A stretch of DNA of 64,000 bases. Origin: an uncultured Chloroflexia bacterium. GTDB taxonomy: Bacteria; Chloroflexota; Limnocylindria; Limnocylindrales; CSP1-4. The stretch is taken from NCBI GenBank assembly GCA_963801745.1, contig CAWDFY010000002.1, positions 294,931 to 358,930 of the forward strand. The letters are read 5' to 3'. The position numbers and the translations under genes are program-made. Within the stretch, counting starts at the first letter, position 1. Every line of letters starts with the position of its first letter. Positions 45,265 through 55,626 of this stretch are shown piece after piece. The notes under the pieces were generated by a model. The model had not been told where the DNA came from. It worked only from the letters and a program-made list of their open reading frames with translations, and searched no databases.

Positions 45265-47237
45265 CCGAGTCCGACTACCCACAATCGGCACACGGCTGGA
45301 GCTCTGACTTCCCGAGGTTCTCAGAGACCCCGGCCCCATACATTCGTCAGTCTCTTCTTGACTTCTTGAAGATCGTCTCGCCCGAACAAGTACGTGCTTG
45401 GGATGAGTCGATCCCGTCCCTTCAATCTGAAGTCAAGGAGGTGCTCGTCCACGACCCAGGGGCAACGGCATACACCGCCATCCTGGAATACCAACTCCCG
45501 ATGGAAAGTCGCCGACCGGATGTCATCCTCCTGATGGGCGGGGCAATCCTCGTGTTGGAGCTCAAGAGCAAGAGCCATCCAGAACTCGCTGATGTCGATC
45601 AGGCGAGCGGGTACGCACGGGATTTGCGCGCCTATCACAGCGCGTGCGCTGACCGACGGGTTCTGCCGATCCTCATGTTGATGCGAGCGTCAGGCCGCCT
45701 CGGTGACCTCGCGGGTGTGGACGTCATCGGCCCGGACGCCCTGGATCAGGTCATGGCCGCGATCGATGCCCAGGGTGTTGACCGCGTCGATGCCCGGACA
45801 TTTCTGGATCCGAACGCCTATCGTCCGCTGCCTACGATCGTCGAGGCCGCTCGAGAGCTCATGGAGTCGGGTGAGCTCCGTCGTATCGGGCGGGCAGACG
45901 CGGAGACCCGTCCGACTCTCGACTACCTCTCGCAGGTCGCTCACTTGGCGGCGCGGACGCACTCGCGCCACCTCGTCCTCCTAAGCGGGTTGCCCGGGAC
46001 GGGCAAGACCTTGGTTGGCCTGCAGCTCGCTCACGCACGGTTCTTGGACGATCTGTCGGTCGCGCGCGAAGGCCAGAAGCCGACGGCACCGGCCGTCTAC
46101 TTGTCTGGCAACGGTCCGCTCGTGCAGGTGCTGCAGTACGAGCTCAAGGCCGGAGGCGGCGGTGGCGCGACTTTCGTGCGTCCTGTCAAAGCCTACGTCG
46201 AACGCTATTCAAGGCAATCCCACCTACGACCACCCGAGCATGTTCTGATCTTTGACGAAGCTCAGCGCGCATTCGACGCTGCTCAAGTTGCTGCAACGCA
46301 TGGCGGGACCGGCGATGGGAAGTCCGAACCCGAGCACTTTGTGGAATTTGCGGAGCGTGTGCCGGAATGGTGCGTCGTCGTGGGTCTCATCGGTTCTGGC
46401 CAAGAGATCCACGTCGGAGAAGAAGCAGGTATCGGCCAGTGGCGAGACGCCGTCATGGGTGCTCCTAACCCGGACTCGTGGACTGTTCATTGCCCACCCC
46501 ATCTCGCGGACTCGCTTAGTGGCGTACCACGACTAGTCCAGGAGCCCCGACTACATCTGACCGCTGAACTGCGCTACCACCTCGCTGAAGACGTGCACCT
46601 GTATGTCCAAGCCCTACTCGGAGAAGCTGACCTGCCCGCGGCATCGTTGGCCGCACAACTGGAGGACAGCGGGTATCACGTCCGGATCACCCGTGACCTT
46701 GACGCGGCGAAAACCTACCTTCAGACCCGTTATGAGAGCGATCCAGATGCGCGCTTCGGGCTGGTCGCGTCGTCGAGAGACTCCAGCCTGCCGCGATTCG
46801 GAGTTCCAAACGACTGGCAATCGACCAAGCGGGTCCGTCACGGGGCCTGGTTCGGTGAGGGGGAGAATGACCCCGTAGGTCGTTCCTGCCGGCTGCTTCG
46901 TGAGTGCGTTACAGAGTTCGGCTGTCAGGGCCTTGAATTGGATGCGGTATTGCTGGCTTGGGGCACTGACTTCATTCGCGAGAGCGACCATTGGACGAAC
47001 CGCCACGCCAGGCGATACCAGAGTCCCGCGAGCATCAAGGACGCCTTCCAGCTCCGGCGGAACGCGTACCGCGTCCTCTTGACGCGGGCTCGAGACGTCA
47101 CCGTGGTCTTCGTGCCGCCTCTCGCCAGTCTCGATGAGACCTATCGCTACTTGCTCGATGCCGGCATGCGAGACCTAGACGCCGATCAACCCGAGTTGCG
47201 GCCCGCGAGTCGTGTGAACTCCTCGAGGCGTCCGTGA
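45261..47237 (+). CDS. PD-(D/E)xK nuclease fused to DUF2075 SF1-like helicase/ATPase
   Basis: EYQL..RRPDVILL...VLELK..QASGY; GLPGTGKT, IFDEAQR, QGLELD, NAYRVLLTRAR; ATGA overlap with the SRA gene. Confidence 0.85.
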   Translation: MTESDYPQSAHGWSSDFPRFSETPAPYIRQSLLDFLKIVSPEQVRAWDESIPSLQSEVKEVLVHDPGATAYTAILEYQLPMESRRPDVILLMGGAILVLELKSKSHPELADVDQASGYARDLRAYHSACADRRVLPILMLMRASGRLGDLAGVDVIGPDALDQVMAAIDAQGVDRVDARTFLDPNAYRPLPTIVEAARELMESGELRRIGRADAETRPTLDYLSQVAHLAARTHSRHLVLLSGLPGTGKTLVGLQLAHARFLDDLSVAREGQKPTAPAVYLSGNGPLVQVLQYELKAGGGGGATFVRPVKAYVERYSRQSHLRPPEHVLIFDEAQRAFDAAQVAATHGGTGDGKSEPEHFVEFAERVPEWCVVVGLIGSGQEIHVGEEAGIGQWRDAVMGAPNPDSWTVHCPPHLADSLSGVPRLVQEPRLHLTAELRYHLAEDVHLYVQALLGEADLPAASLAAQLEDSGYHVRITRDLDAAKTYLQTRYESDPDARFGLVASSRDSSLPRFGVPNDWQSTKRVRHGAWFGEGENDPVGRSCRLLRECVTEFGCQGLELDAVLLAWGTDFIRESDHWTNRHARRYQSPASIKDAFQLRRNAYRVLLTRARDVTVVFVPPLASLDETYRYLLDAGMRDLDADQPELRPASRVNSSRRP

Positions 47238-47241
47238 TGCT

Positions 47242-47986
47242 TCATTCCGAGATGCCAGGTCCCCGCCGGTAGACCCGCAGCTCGATCACGCTCGGCACGT
47301 GCCACTCGAGCGAATACAGCACTCGACGGCCCGCGGCGTCGACGTCGACCTGCTCGAGGTGCTGCAGCAGCGTTCCCTCCGGGATCGCCAGCACCGCCGC
47401 CAGCTCCGCGTCCGCCGACGGCCGGCTTGACCGCCGCCTCCCCGTGCCGCACCGGATGGCCCCGCGCGGCCAGCAGCGCGTAGATCGACCCGCCGAGCGC
47501 ATCGCGATCCCGCTTCGCGTCGACCACGTCGGCCGGCATCCGGTCGATCGAGTAGACCGCCGGGCGGCCGTCCGCCGTCCGGACGCGGATCAGCTCCACG
47601 ACCAGCAGGCCCGGCTCGACCTGCAGATGCTCCGCGACGTCGTCGTCGGCGGGGACGGTCTGCGACGCCCAGGATCCGCCGCCCGGCCGCGCACGCCGGT
47701 CGACTCGAGGTAGGCCGTGTACGAGAAGTTCGTGTCGAGCGAGTTGCGCAGCAGCGGCCGGGCCGTCACGAACGTGCCCGAGCCCTGCCGGCGGACGAGG
47801 TAGCCCTCCTCGGCCAGGCCGCGGACGGCCTCGCGGATCGTCGGCCCGGCTCACCGCGAACCGCTCGGCCAGGGCGTCCTCGTTCGGCAGCTTCGAGCCC
47901 GGCTCGTAGTCGCCGGTGATGACCGCCCGTCGCAGCCCGTCGCGGACGACATCGGCAAGCAGCGGCCGAGCGATGGCCCGCGCCAT
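47242..47986 (-). CDS. GntR/HutC-family regulator with UTRA domain (frameshifts)
   Basis: KLPNEDALAERFAVSR, RRQGSGTFV, LIRVRTADG. Confidence 0.85.
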
Positions 47987-48906
47987 CAGGAGGCGCCGTC
48001 GGCGGGCTGCGCCGTCGCCAGGGGAACGCCGGCGACGGCCGCGTCGCCCTGCTGCACGATCCCGACGCCGGCCCGCCGCTGGCCGCGCCGGTACACCAGC
48101 CCGGCCGTGACCATCGCCAGGATCGTGACGGCGAGCAGCACCGTGGCGATCGCGTTGACCTCGGGGCTGACCCCGCGCCGGATCGAGGCGAACAGGTAGA
48201 TCGGCACCGTCTGGTCCTGGCCCGAGGTGAAGAACGCGATGATGAAGTCGTCGAAGCTGAACGTGAACGCGAGCAGGGCGCCCGCCACGATCGCGGGCAG
48301 CAGCTGCGGCAGCGTCACCTGGACGAACGTGCGCCACGGCGACGCGAACAGGTCCTCGGACGCCTCGATGAGCGTCCGGTCCATGCCCCGCATCCGCGTC
48401 CGGACCAGCACGTTGACGATCGCCATCGTGAACAGCGTGTGGGCGGCGATGACGCTGGCGGTGCCGAGCCCCAGCTCCGGCCCCTGGCTCGACGTGAAGT
48501 AGGCGATCCACGGGTTCACCCAGTCGAGCGCGGTCACGATGAAGATCAGCGTCGCGATGCCGATGACGATGCCCGGCACGATGATCGCGACGTAGGTCAG
48601 CAGCTCGAACAGGAAGCGCAGCGCCGAGCCCATGCGGTCCATCGCCAGCGCCGACGCCGTCCCGAGGATCGTCGCCAGCACCGCCGTGATCGACGCGATC
48701 GTCAGGCTGTTGCCGAGCGACTCCATGAGGAACCGGTCCGACCACGCCTCGGCGTACCACTTCGTCGAGAAGCCGAGCAGCTCGGTCACGTGCCGGCCGG
48801 CGTTGAACGAGTACACGACCACGATGAGGATCGGCAGGAACAGGAACGCGAAGACGAGGGCCGTGTAGAGCCGCGTCAGCCGTTCGCCCCAGCGCTCGAG
48901 CCTCAT
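47986..48906 (-). CDS. PotC-like ABC permease
   Basis: FLPILIVVVYSFN, EASEDLFASP, FTFSFDDF, PEVNAIAT. Confidence 0.9.
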   Translation of the reverse strand: MRLERWGERLTRLYTALVFAFLFLPILIVVVYSFNAGRHVTELLGFSTKWYAEAWSDRFLMESLGNSLTIASITAVLATILGTASALAMDRMGSALRFLFELLTYVAIIVPGIVIGIATLIFIVTALDWVNPWIAYFTSSQGPELGLGTASVIAAHTLFTMAIVNVLVRTRMRGMDRTLIEASEDLFASPWRTFVQVTLPQLLPAIVAGALLAFTFSFDDFIIAFFTSGQDQTVPIYLFASIRRGVSPEVNAIATVLLAVTILAMVTAGLVYRRGQRRAGVGIVQQGDAAVAGVPLATAQPADGAS

Positions 48907-48907
48907 A

Positions 48908-49793
48908 TCAGGCTCGACTCACGACCCGGACCGCACGAGCCGGCGCGTCAGGGCCAGGTAGCCGGCGACCAGCACGATCATCCCGGCCACGAAGACCGCC
49001 GCCAGCGCCGACCCGAACGGCCAGTTGCGGGACTGCAGGAAGAGGTCGGCCAGGGCGTTGCCGAGGAAGTAGGTCTTGCCGCCGCCGAGCAGGATCGGGA
49101 TGAGGTACTCGCCCATCACCGGGATGAAGACCAGCACGATGCCCGACAGGATGCCCGGGCGCGGCGAGCGGCAGGACGATCTGGCGCAGCGTGGCGATCG
49201 GCCCGGCCCCGAGATCGCGCGACGCCTCGAGGAACGAGCGGTCGAGCCGCTCGAGGCTGACGTAGATCGGCAGGACCATCAGCGGCAGGTAGTTGTAGAC
49301 GATCCCCAGCGAGACCGCGAAGGGCGTGTTGAGCAGCTGGATGTCCTCGAACCCGAGCCATCCCAGCACGCGCGGGATGCCGTTTCCGCCGAGCAGCGTC
49401 ATCCAGGCGTACGTCCGGATGAGGAAGCTCGTCCAGAACGGGACGACCACCAGCGCGACGAGGACGAGCTTCCACGTGCCCCGGACCTTGAGCGCGAGCG
49501 TGTACGCCACGGGGAACGCCACCACGGCGCAGATCACGGTGTTGAGCGCGCGCCAGCCCCAGCGTGTTGATGAGCGGGGTGAACCGCGTCGGGAGCGCGG
49601 CGTACTGCTCGAGGGTGAAGCCGGGCGCGTAGCCGCCGTTCGGCGACCGCTCGCCGACCGACATCACGACGAGCACGACGAGCGGCGCGATGAGGAACAG
49701 CAGGTACCACAGCGCGGTGGGCAGGGCGAGCAGGAGGGCGGAGCCGCGTCTCGCGGTCCTCGCCCCGTCCGTCCCGCCCACCGTCGCCGCCAT
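48908..49793 (-). CDS. PotB-like ABC permease (frameshifts near 49550 and 49150)
   Basis: PFWTSFLIRTYAW, YNYLPLMVLPIY, EASRDLGA, NWPFGSA. Confidence 0.87.
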
Positions 49794-49813
49794 CGGTTCG
49801 CCTCAGGCGATCC

Positions 49814-51028
49814 CTAGGCGGACGCCTTGATGCGCGCCCATGCCTCGGCCCGCTCCGGGCTGTTGTACGTGGCGTTGACCGCGTACTCCAGGTTGGCCAG
49901 GGAATCGGCGGATGGGTAGATCACCGGGTTGGTCCGGACCTCCTCGCTGACCAGCGCCGTGGCCTTGTCGTTGGCGTGCGGGAAGAGGCAGAACTCCGTC
50001 TCCCGCGCGGCCTGTTCGGGCTGGAGTGATGCAGTTGAGGAACGCGTAGGCGGCCTCGCGGTGCGGGCATCCGCGGCGATCGTGAAGCTGTCGATCCAGA
50101 GCTCGCCGCCGTCGGTGGCGACGAGGTACTTCGCCTCGGCATTGTCGCGGACGACCTGGACGCCATCGCCGGTCCACGCGACCGACAGCCATGTGTCCTG
50201 CGCTCGCAGCGGCGGTTGGACGTCCGACGAGATCGCGAACAGGTTCGGCTTGAGCGCGATGAGCATCGCCTCGACCGCGGCCATCTCGGTCGGGTCGATG
50301 GTGTTGAGGGAGTAGCCCATCGCCACCGCCGCCGAACCGAACGAGCTGATCTGGTGGTCGACGATGAGCGTCTTGCCCTTGTAGGTCGTGCCGGCAACGT
50401 CGAAGAACTGCTTCCAGCTCGTGACGTCGGGGCTGACCTTCGAGCTCCAGAACGCGATCCCGGTCGTGCCCCAGTTCTTCGGGATCGACACCGCGTTGCC
50501 CTTGTCGAAGGCCTGGTCCATGAACAGCGGGTTCCAGTCCTCCTTCACGAAGTCGGGCAGCTTCGCGTAGTCGAGCGGCTCGATGAGGCTGTCCTTCACC
50601 CAGCCCTCGATGGCGTAGTTCGACGGGACGACGACGTCGATGCCGGAGTTGCCGGCCCGGATCTTCGCCTCCATCTCCTCGGTCGATCCGTACACCTGCA
50701 CGTCGATGGCCACGCCGGTCGTGGCGGTGAACTCGTCGAGGACTTCCTCGTCGTGGTAGTTCGGCCACGTGGCGAGCGTCAGCTCGGTCCCGAGGTCCGC
50801 CGACGCCGCGGCCGACGGGCTCGCATCTCCGCTCGCGGCAGGAGCGCTCGCGGCGGCGCTGCTCGGCGGGGCCGAGGCGGCCGGTGGCGCGCACCCGGCG
50901 AGGGCGATGGCACCAAGCCCGGCGCCCGAGCCCACCAGGAACCCGCGTCGCGACAGCCGTCGCTCGATGGCGAGCGCAGTGATCTCCGCCGGGTCGCGTG
51001 GTCCGATCGTCGTTGATCGCTTCGACAT
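49814..51028 (-). CDS. PotD/PotF-like substrate-binding protein with twin-arginine signal
   Basis: SRRGFL, TWPNY, DVVVPSNY, PKNWGTTGI, ELWIDSF; AAGGAGG SD. Confidence 0.9.
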   Translation of the reverse strand: MSKRSTTIGPRDPAEITALAIERRLSRRGFLVGSGAGLGAIALAGCAPPAASAPPSSAAASAPAASGDASPSAAASADLGTELTLATWPNYHDEEVLDEFTATTGVAIDVQVYGSTEEMEAKIRAGNSGIDVVVPSNYAIEGWVKDSLIEPLDYAKLPDFVKEDWNPLFMDQAFDKGNAVSIPKNWGTTGIAFWSSKVSPDVTSWKQFFDVAGTTYKGKTLIVDHQISSFGSAAVAMGYSLNTIDPTEMAAVEAMLIALKPNLFAISSDVQPPLRAQDTWLSVAWTGDGVQVVRDNAEAKYLVATDGGELWIDSFTIAADARTARPPTRSSTASLQPEQAARETEFCLFPHANDKATALVSEEVRTNPVIYPSADSLANLEYAVNATYNSPERAEAWARIKASA

Positions 51029-51080
51029 CTCTCCTCCTTGGATGACCGTTCGTCCCCCGTGATCGTCGTGGTCGGGTCGC

Positions 51081-51803
51081 TCAGGCACCGTCAGCGACCA
51101 CCTCCCTTCCAGCGGCCGCCGCCGTCATGGCAAGGGCGCACTCGACTTGTTCGCGGACGCTGTCGCCGGCCGGCAGCCGGCGCTCGAAGATGGCGCCACC
51201 GATGGTGAAAGCCCACGCGCCGGCTCGTGCCAGCGCGTCGATGCGCTCCGCCGAGTCGACGCTGCCTGCCGCGACGACCGGCCCGGACGCCGCGTCGACG
51301 ACGGCCCGGACCAGGGCAGGAACGTCGCCCTGCCAGCGGTACGCCAGCAGGTCGAGGCCATCGACGCCGGGGCGGGCCGTGAGCTCGCGCGCGCTGCCGG
51401 CGATCTCGTCGACCGTGCCCTCGAGGATGCTCGGGTGACCGACGACCCGGCCGGGGAACGGGCAGTACCTCGGCCGGCCCGGCGTGCCCGGCGGCCCGAC
51501 CTCGTCGAGGACGGCGAGCGCCTCGTCGGCGTGCGTGCCGCCCATCAGCCAGTCGACGCCGATGTCGAGCGCGGCCCGGACCGAGCGCAGCTCGTCCTCG
51601 GCTCGCTCCGAGACGACCTCGAGGAAGACCTCGCGGCCGTCGGCGCGCATCGTCCGGGCGAGCTCGCGGAGCTCGGCCGGCGGCAGGCCGATGTCCTTGA
51701 ACCCGACGTAGCGGAGGTCCGTGTCGCGGAGCGTCTCGTAGACCTGTTTCGCGTCCGACACCGTCGTGTCGTCGCGGGTCAGCATGAAGATGAACTCGAT
51801 CAC
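51081..51803 (-). CDS. Uncharacterised ribulose-phosphate-binding-type TIM-barrel protein
   Basis: FIFMLTRDD, GFKDIGL, LEVVS, PFPG.V.GHPS, GLDLLAYR, AGSVD, FTIG. Confidence 0.7.
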   Translation of the reverse strand: MIEFIFMLTRDDTTVSDAKQVYETLRDTDLRYVGFKDIGLPPAELRELARTMRADGREVFLEVVSERAEDELRSVRAALDIGVDWLMGGTHADEALAVLDEVGPPGTPGRPRYCPFPGRVVGHPSILEGTVDEIAGSARELTARPGVDGLDLLAYRWQGDVPALVRAVVDAASGPVVAAGSVDSAERIDALARAGAWAFTIGGAIFERRLPAGDSVREQVECALAMTAAAAGREVVADGA

Positions 51804-52622
51804 GACACCTCCTCGAGTCGATCGGCGGGCAGGACCTGGGCGACGCCGTCCAGGACGTAGTCGGGCGTGTAGGCGGCGCCGGCGAGCGCGGAACGCGGCG
51901 TGGCCCCGGTGAGCACGAGCGCCGAGGCCATCCCCGCCTCGTGGGCCATCCGCACGTCGGTCAGCAGGCGGTCGCCGACGAGCAGCGTGTCGGCCGGCGG
52001 CAGCGCGATGCGTTCGAGCAGCGTCTCGGCCATGTGGATCGACGGCTTGCCGACGATCGCCTCGGCCGTGGCGCCGGTCGACGCCTCGATCGCGGCGAGC
52101 ATCGCGGCGCAGTCGGGCAGGTCGCCGTCGGGCGTGGGGCAGAACGGATCGGGGTTGGTCGCGACCAGCCGGGCGCCCGCCCGGATCGCCCGGAACGCGG
52201 CGACCAGCTTGCCGTAGTCGAAGGTGCGATCCCACGACACGACGACGAGGTCGGCGTCCTCCGGGTGGTCGAGGTCGACGATCTCGAAGCCGGCGGCGCG
52301 CACGAGGTCGATGAGCAGCGGCTCCGCGATCGGCAGGATCGTGGCGCCCGAGCGCGTGCGCACGCAGGTAGCGGATCAGCGCATCGGTCGACGTGACGAC
52401 CTCGTCGGGCTTGGCCGGGATGCCGAGGCCGGTGAGCTTGGCGGCGTAGGTCGCCGGTGCATCGAGCGGCTTGTTCGTGAGGAATGCGACGCGCGACCCG
52501 TGGTCGCGGATCGCCGCCAGCGCGTCGGCGGCGCCCGGGAGCAGCCCGTCACCCAGGTACAGCGTCCCGTCGAGGTCGAAGACGTAGCCGCCGAACATCC
52601 GGTCGGGGCGGCGCGCGGTCAC
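51800..52622 (-). CDS. HAD-IIA phosphatase (NagD/AraL-like; frameshift near 52365)
   Basis: FDLDGTLY, TNK, ATNPD, GKPS, VGDRLLTD, VLTG. Confidence 0.88.
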
Positions 52623-54039
52623 GACGCGCCCTCCAGGATCCCCGATCGATCGAGCAGGCGGTCGATGGTCGCGGGGTCCCAGTCGCCGGCGAGGAAGCGC
52701 AGGTCGGCGACCGTGAACCGATCGCGCATCAGCGGGAGCGCCGTCAGCGCCCATCGAACGACGGCCGCGGTGGCCGGCGGATCGAGGTCGCCGACTGTCG
52801 CCGGCGCGCCAGCCTCGTTCAGGGCGGTCCGCAAGCGCTCCGGCGTGGCGACGAGATCTCGGAGCTCAGCCTTGTGGCGCTCCCAGTCGTCGACGAACGC
52901 CGCGACCTCCGATCGCTTCGCGGCCCAGCGATCGACCTTCCGGCGGACATCCCGCCAGCACTCGTCCGCCATGCGACCGCTCGGATCGATCGGGTCGAAG
53001 GCCTCGCGAACCTGCTCCTCGATCCGACCGGTGTCGGGCGCTGGTCGGCCTCGAGGACGTGCGGATCGAAGCGCTCGAGCGTGTCGTGCCAGATCGTCGC
53101 GGCCAGCACGCTGGCGACGCCGACCTGTGCCCCGTGCAACGCGGTCTCGCGTCCGCCGGCGGCTGCGTGCATGTCGAGCAGGTGGCTGACGAGGTGCTCC
53201 GTGCCCGACAGCGGCGCGGTCCGCCCGGCCACGCCCATCGCGATGCCGGTCAGGCCCATCCGCCCGGCCAGCTCGGCGAGCATCTCGGGGTCGCGGTCGA
53301 TCGTGCGCATGCGCGACGCCGAGGCGAGGACGTCGTCGGCGCCGTCGCGGAACAGCGCGACGACCGTGGGGTCGAACGCGTCGTCCATGCCGGTGGCGTG
53401 GGCGAGGTACCAGTCGGCGGGGGCGGTGAACATCGAGCACAGCTCGCCGAACCCGGCCAGGTGCATCGCGTGCGGCGTCGATGCGAGCACGTCGAGGTCG
53501 GCGATCACGACGTCCGGCCAGCGCGAGGGCACGGTCCGCTTGACGCCGTCGCGGAGCAGGACCGCCATGTCGTCGGTGAAGGCGTTGACCGAGGCGGCCG
53601 TCTGGACGACCACGAACGGGATGTCCCCGGCCCGCATCGAGGCGTCCTTGGCGAGGTCGGTGATCGTCCCCGATCCGACGGCCACGATGCAGCCGACGCC
53701 GGCGATGTGGGTGTCGAGCTCGGCGCTCGCGCTCTCGTCGGCATGTAGGTCCTCGCCCGTGGCGCCCAGGACCGCCGTGCGCGTCGGGAATCGATCGGTC
53801 AGGGCGGCCACGACCTCGCCTTGAGGTCGTCGCCGCGACGCTGCATCGGCGTGTGGTCCATCACGACCAGGACGTCGCCCGGCCGACGGATCTCGGCGAC
53901 GTCATCGGCCACGCAGTCGAGGACGTCGGGTCCGACCCGGATGCGGCGGATGCCGATCGGACGCGCGGTCGCCGCCGCGGACGCGCTCGCGCAGCTCGTC
54001 GAGCGCGGTCGGATCCGGGAGGCCGACGCGGCTCGTCAT
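52619..54039 (-). CDS. sn-glycerol-1-phosphate dehydrogenase-like protein (AraM/EgsA family; several frameshifts)
   Basis: VGSGTITDLAK, TAASVNAF, AGFGE, SGTEHLVSH, LHGAQVG. Confidence 0.82.
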
Positions 54040-55528
54040 GCGGGCGTCCCCGAGAAGCCGGGCTCGACGGCGTCGAACAGCTCGCGGTACCGGCCGTAGG
54101 CGTCGGCGTACGCGGTCGTCGTCGTCGGGTCGGGCTCGTACGCGACCGGGCCGAGCGTCGGCGAGGCGGTCCACGGCCTCGTCGAGATCGGCGAACGTGC
54201 CGGCCCCGACGCCGGCGAGCATCGCCGCGCCGAGCGCCGTCGACTCGTCGGAGGTCAGGACGCGGACCGTCCGCCCGGTCACGTCGGCCTTCATCTGGAG
54301 CCAGAGGCGGCTCCGCGCCCCGCCACCGACGACGCGGATCTCGTCCGCCGCCGAGCCCCATCTCGTCGAGCCGATCGACGATGTCCCGCAGGGCGAACGT
54401 GCAGCCCTCGAGCACGGCGCGGTACAGGTCGGCCCGGCCGTGGTTCAGGGAGAGGCCGGCGAAGACGCCACGCGCGCGATCGTTCCAGCGCGGTGCGGTG
54501 GCCCCGGACAGGGTCGGCAGGAACGTGACGCCATCGGCGCCGGGGGTGGTGTCGGTGGCTGCCTCGGCGTCGAGGTCGGCCACGGTCACGCCGCCACCGA
54601 ACAGGTCCTGGAACCAGCGGACGCTGCCGCCCGAGACGAACCCGGGTTCTCGACCAGCCAGACGCGCGGGTCGGCGTGCCCGTGCGTCTCGACCAGCCCG
54701 GTCTCGTCGATGACGGGCTCGGTCGCGGCGACCGCCACCGGCTCGGCGGTGCCGGTGATGTCGATGACGATCCCGGGTCGGATGCCGCCGGCCCCGAGGC
54801 TGGCGCCATGCTCGTCGCCGGTGCCGACGACGACTCGTGTCGACGGCGTCAGGCCGATCGCCGTGGCCGCAGGTGGCCGCAGGGTGCCGACGACGGTCGA
54901 GGCCGCCTCGATCGAGCCCAGTCGGGTCGTGTCGAGCGCGGTGGCGTCCAGCATCGGCGACGACCAGACACGCTCGGCCACGTCGTAGAGGAGCGTCGAG
55001 GAGGCGTTCGCGTGATCGAGGACGCGTTCGCCGGTCAGCCAGGCGACGAGCGCGCTGCCGGGGAGGAGGAGTCCGACAGCGCGCTCGAAGACGTCGGGAT
55101 GCGCATCGCGAAGCCACAGGATCTTCGGCGCGACGTGCGAGGCATCCAGGTTCAGCCCCGTGATCCGGCGGATCGATGCCGGGTCGAGACCGTCGATGGC
55201 ACCGGCCTGGGCGACCGCCCGCCGGTCGAGCCAGATGATGGCCGGGTGGAGCGCCTCGCCATCGGCGTCGACGGCGACGAGACCGTCGACCTGCGAGGCG
55301 AGGCCGAGCGTCGCCACGTCCGACGGCGCGACGTGCGCGCGTCTCGAGCAGGCCACCGACGACGCGGCCCAGCGCGACGCGCCAGTCGCGCACGTCCTGC
55401 TGGGCCCAGCCGGGGTGGGGGTAGTCGACGTCGTACGCGGCCGAGGCCTGGGCGACGACCGCGCCCGACGGATCGAGCAGCGTGCCCTTGAGGCTCTGCG
55501 ATCCCACGTCACAGCCGATGGCGTACAC
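54036..55528 (-). CDS. FGGY-family carbohydrate kinase (several frameshifts)
   Basis: IGCDVGSQSLK, IIWLDRRA, GTGDEHG, GTAE, FLPTLSGA. Confidence 0.88.
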
Positions 55529-55564
55529 CGTTCGGCGCGCCCTCCCGGGAAGTGCAAGGTCGTC

Positions 55565-55579
55565 AGTCGTCTGACGACT
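55565..55579. promoter_or_regulatory. Probable GntR/HutC operator next to a TATCCT -10 element
   Basis: Perfect palindrome AGTCGTC-T-GACGACT upstream of the kinase operon that ends in the GntR gene. Confidence 0.6.
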
Positions 55580-55626
55580 TAGGATAGGGCGCGCGGGGTC
55601 GGTGTCAACCGCGACGGCGCGTCAGG

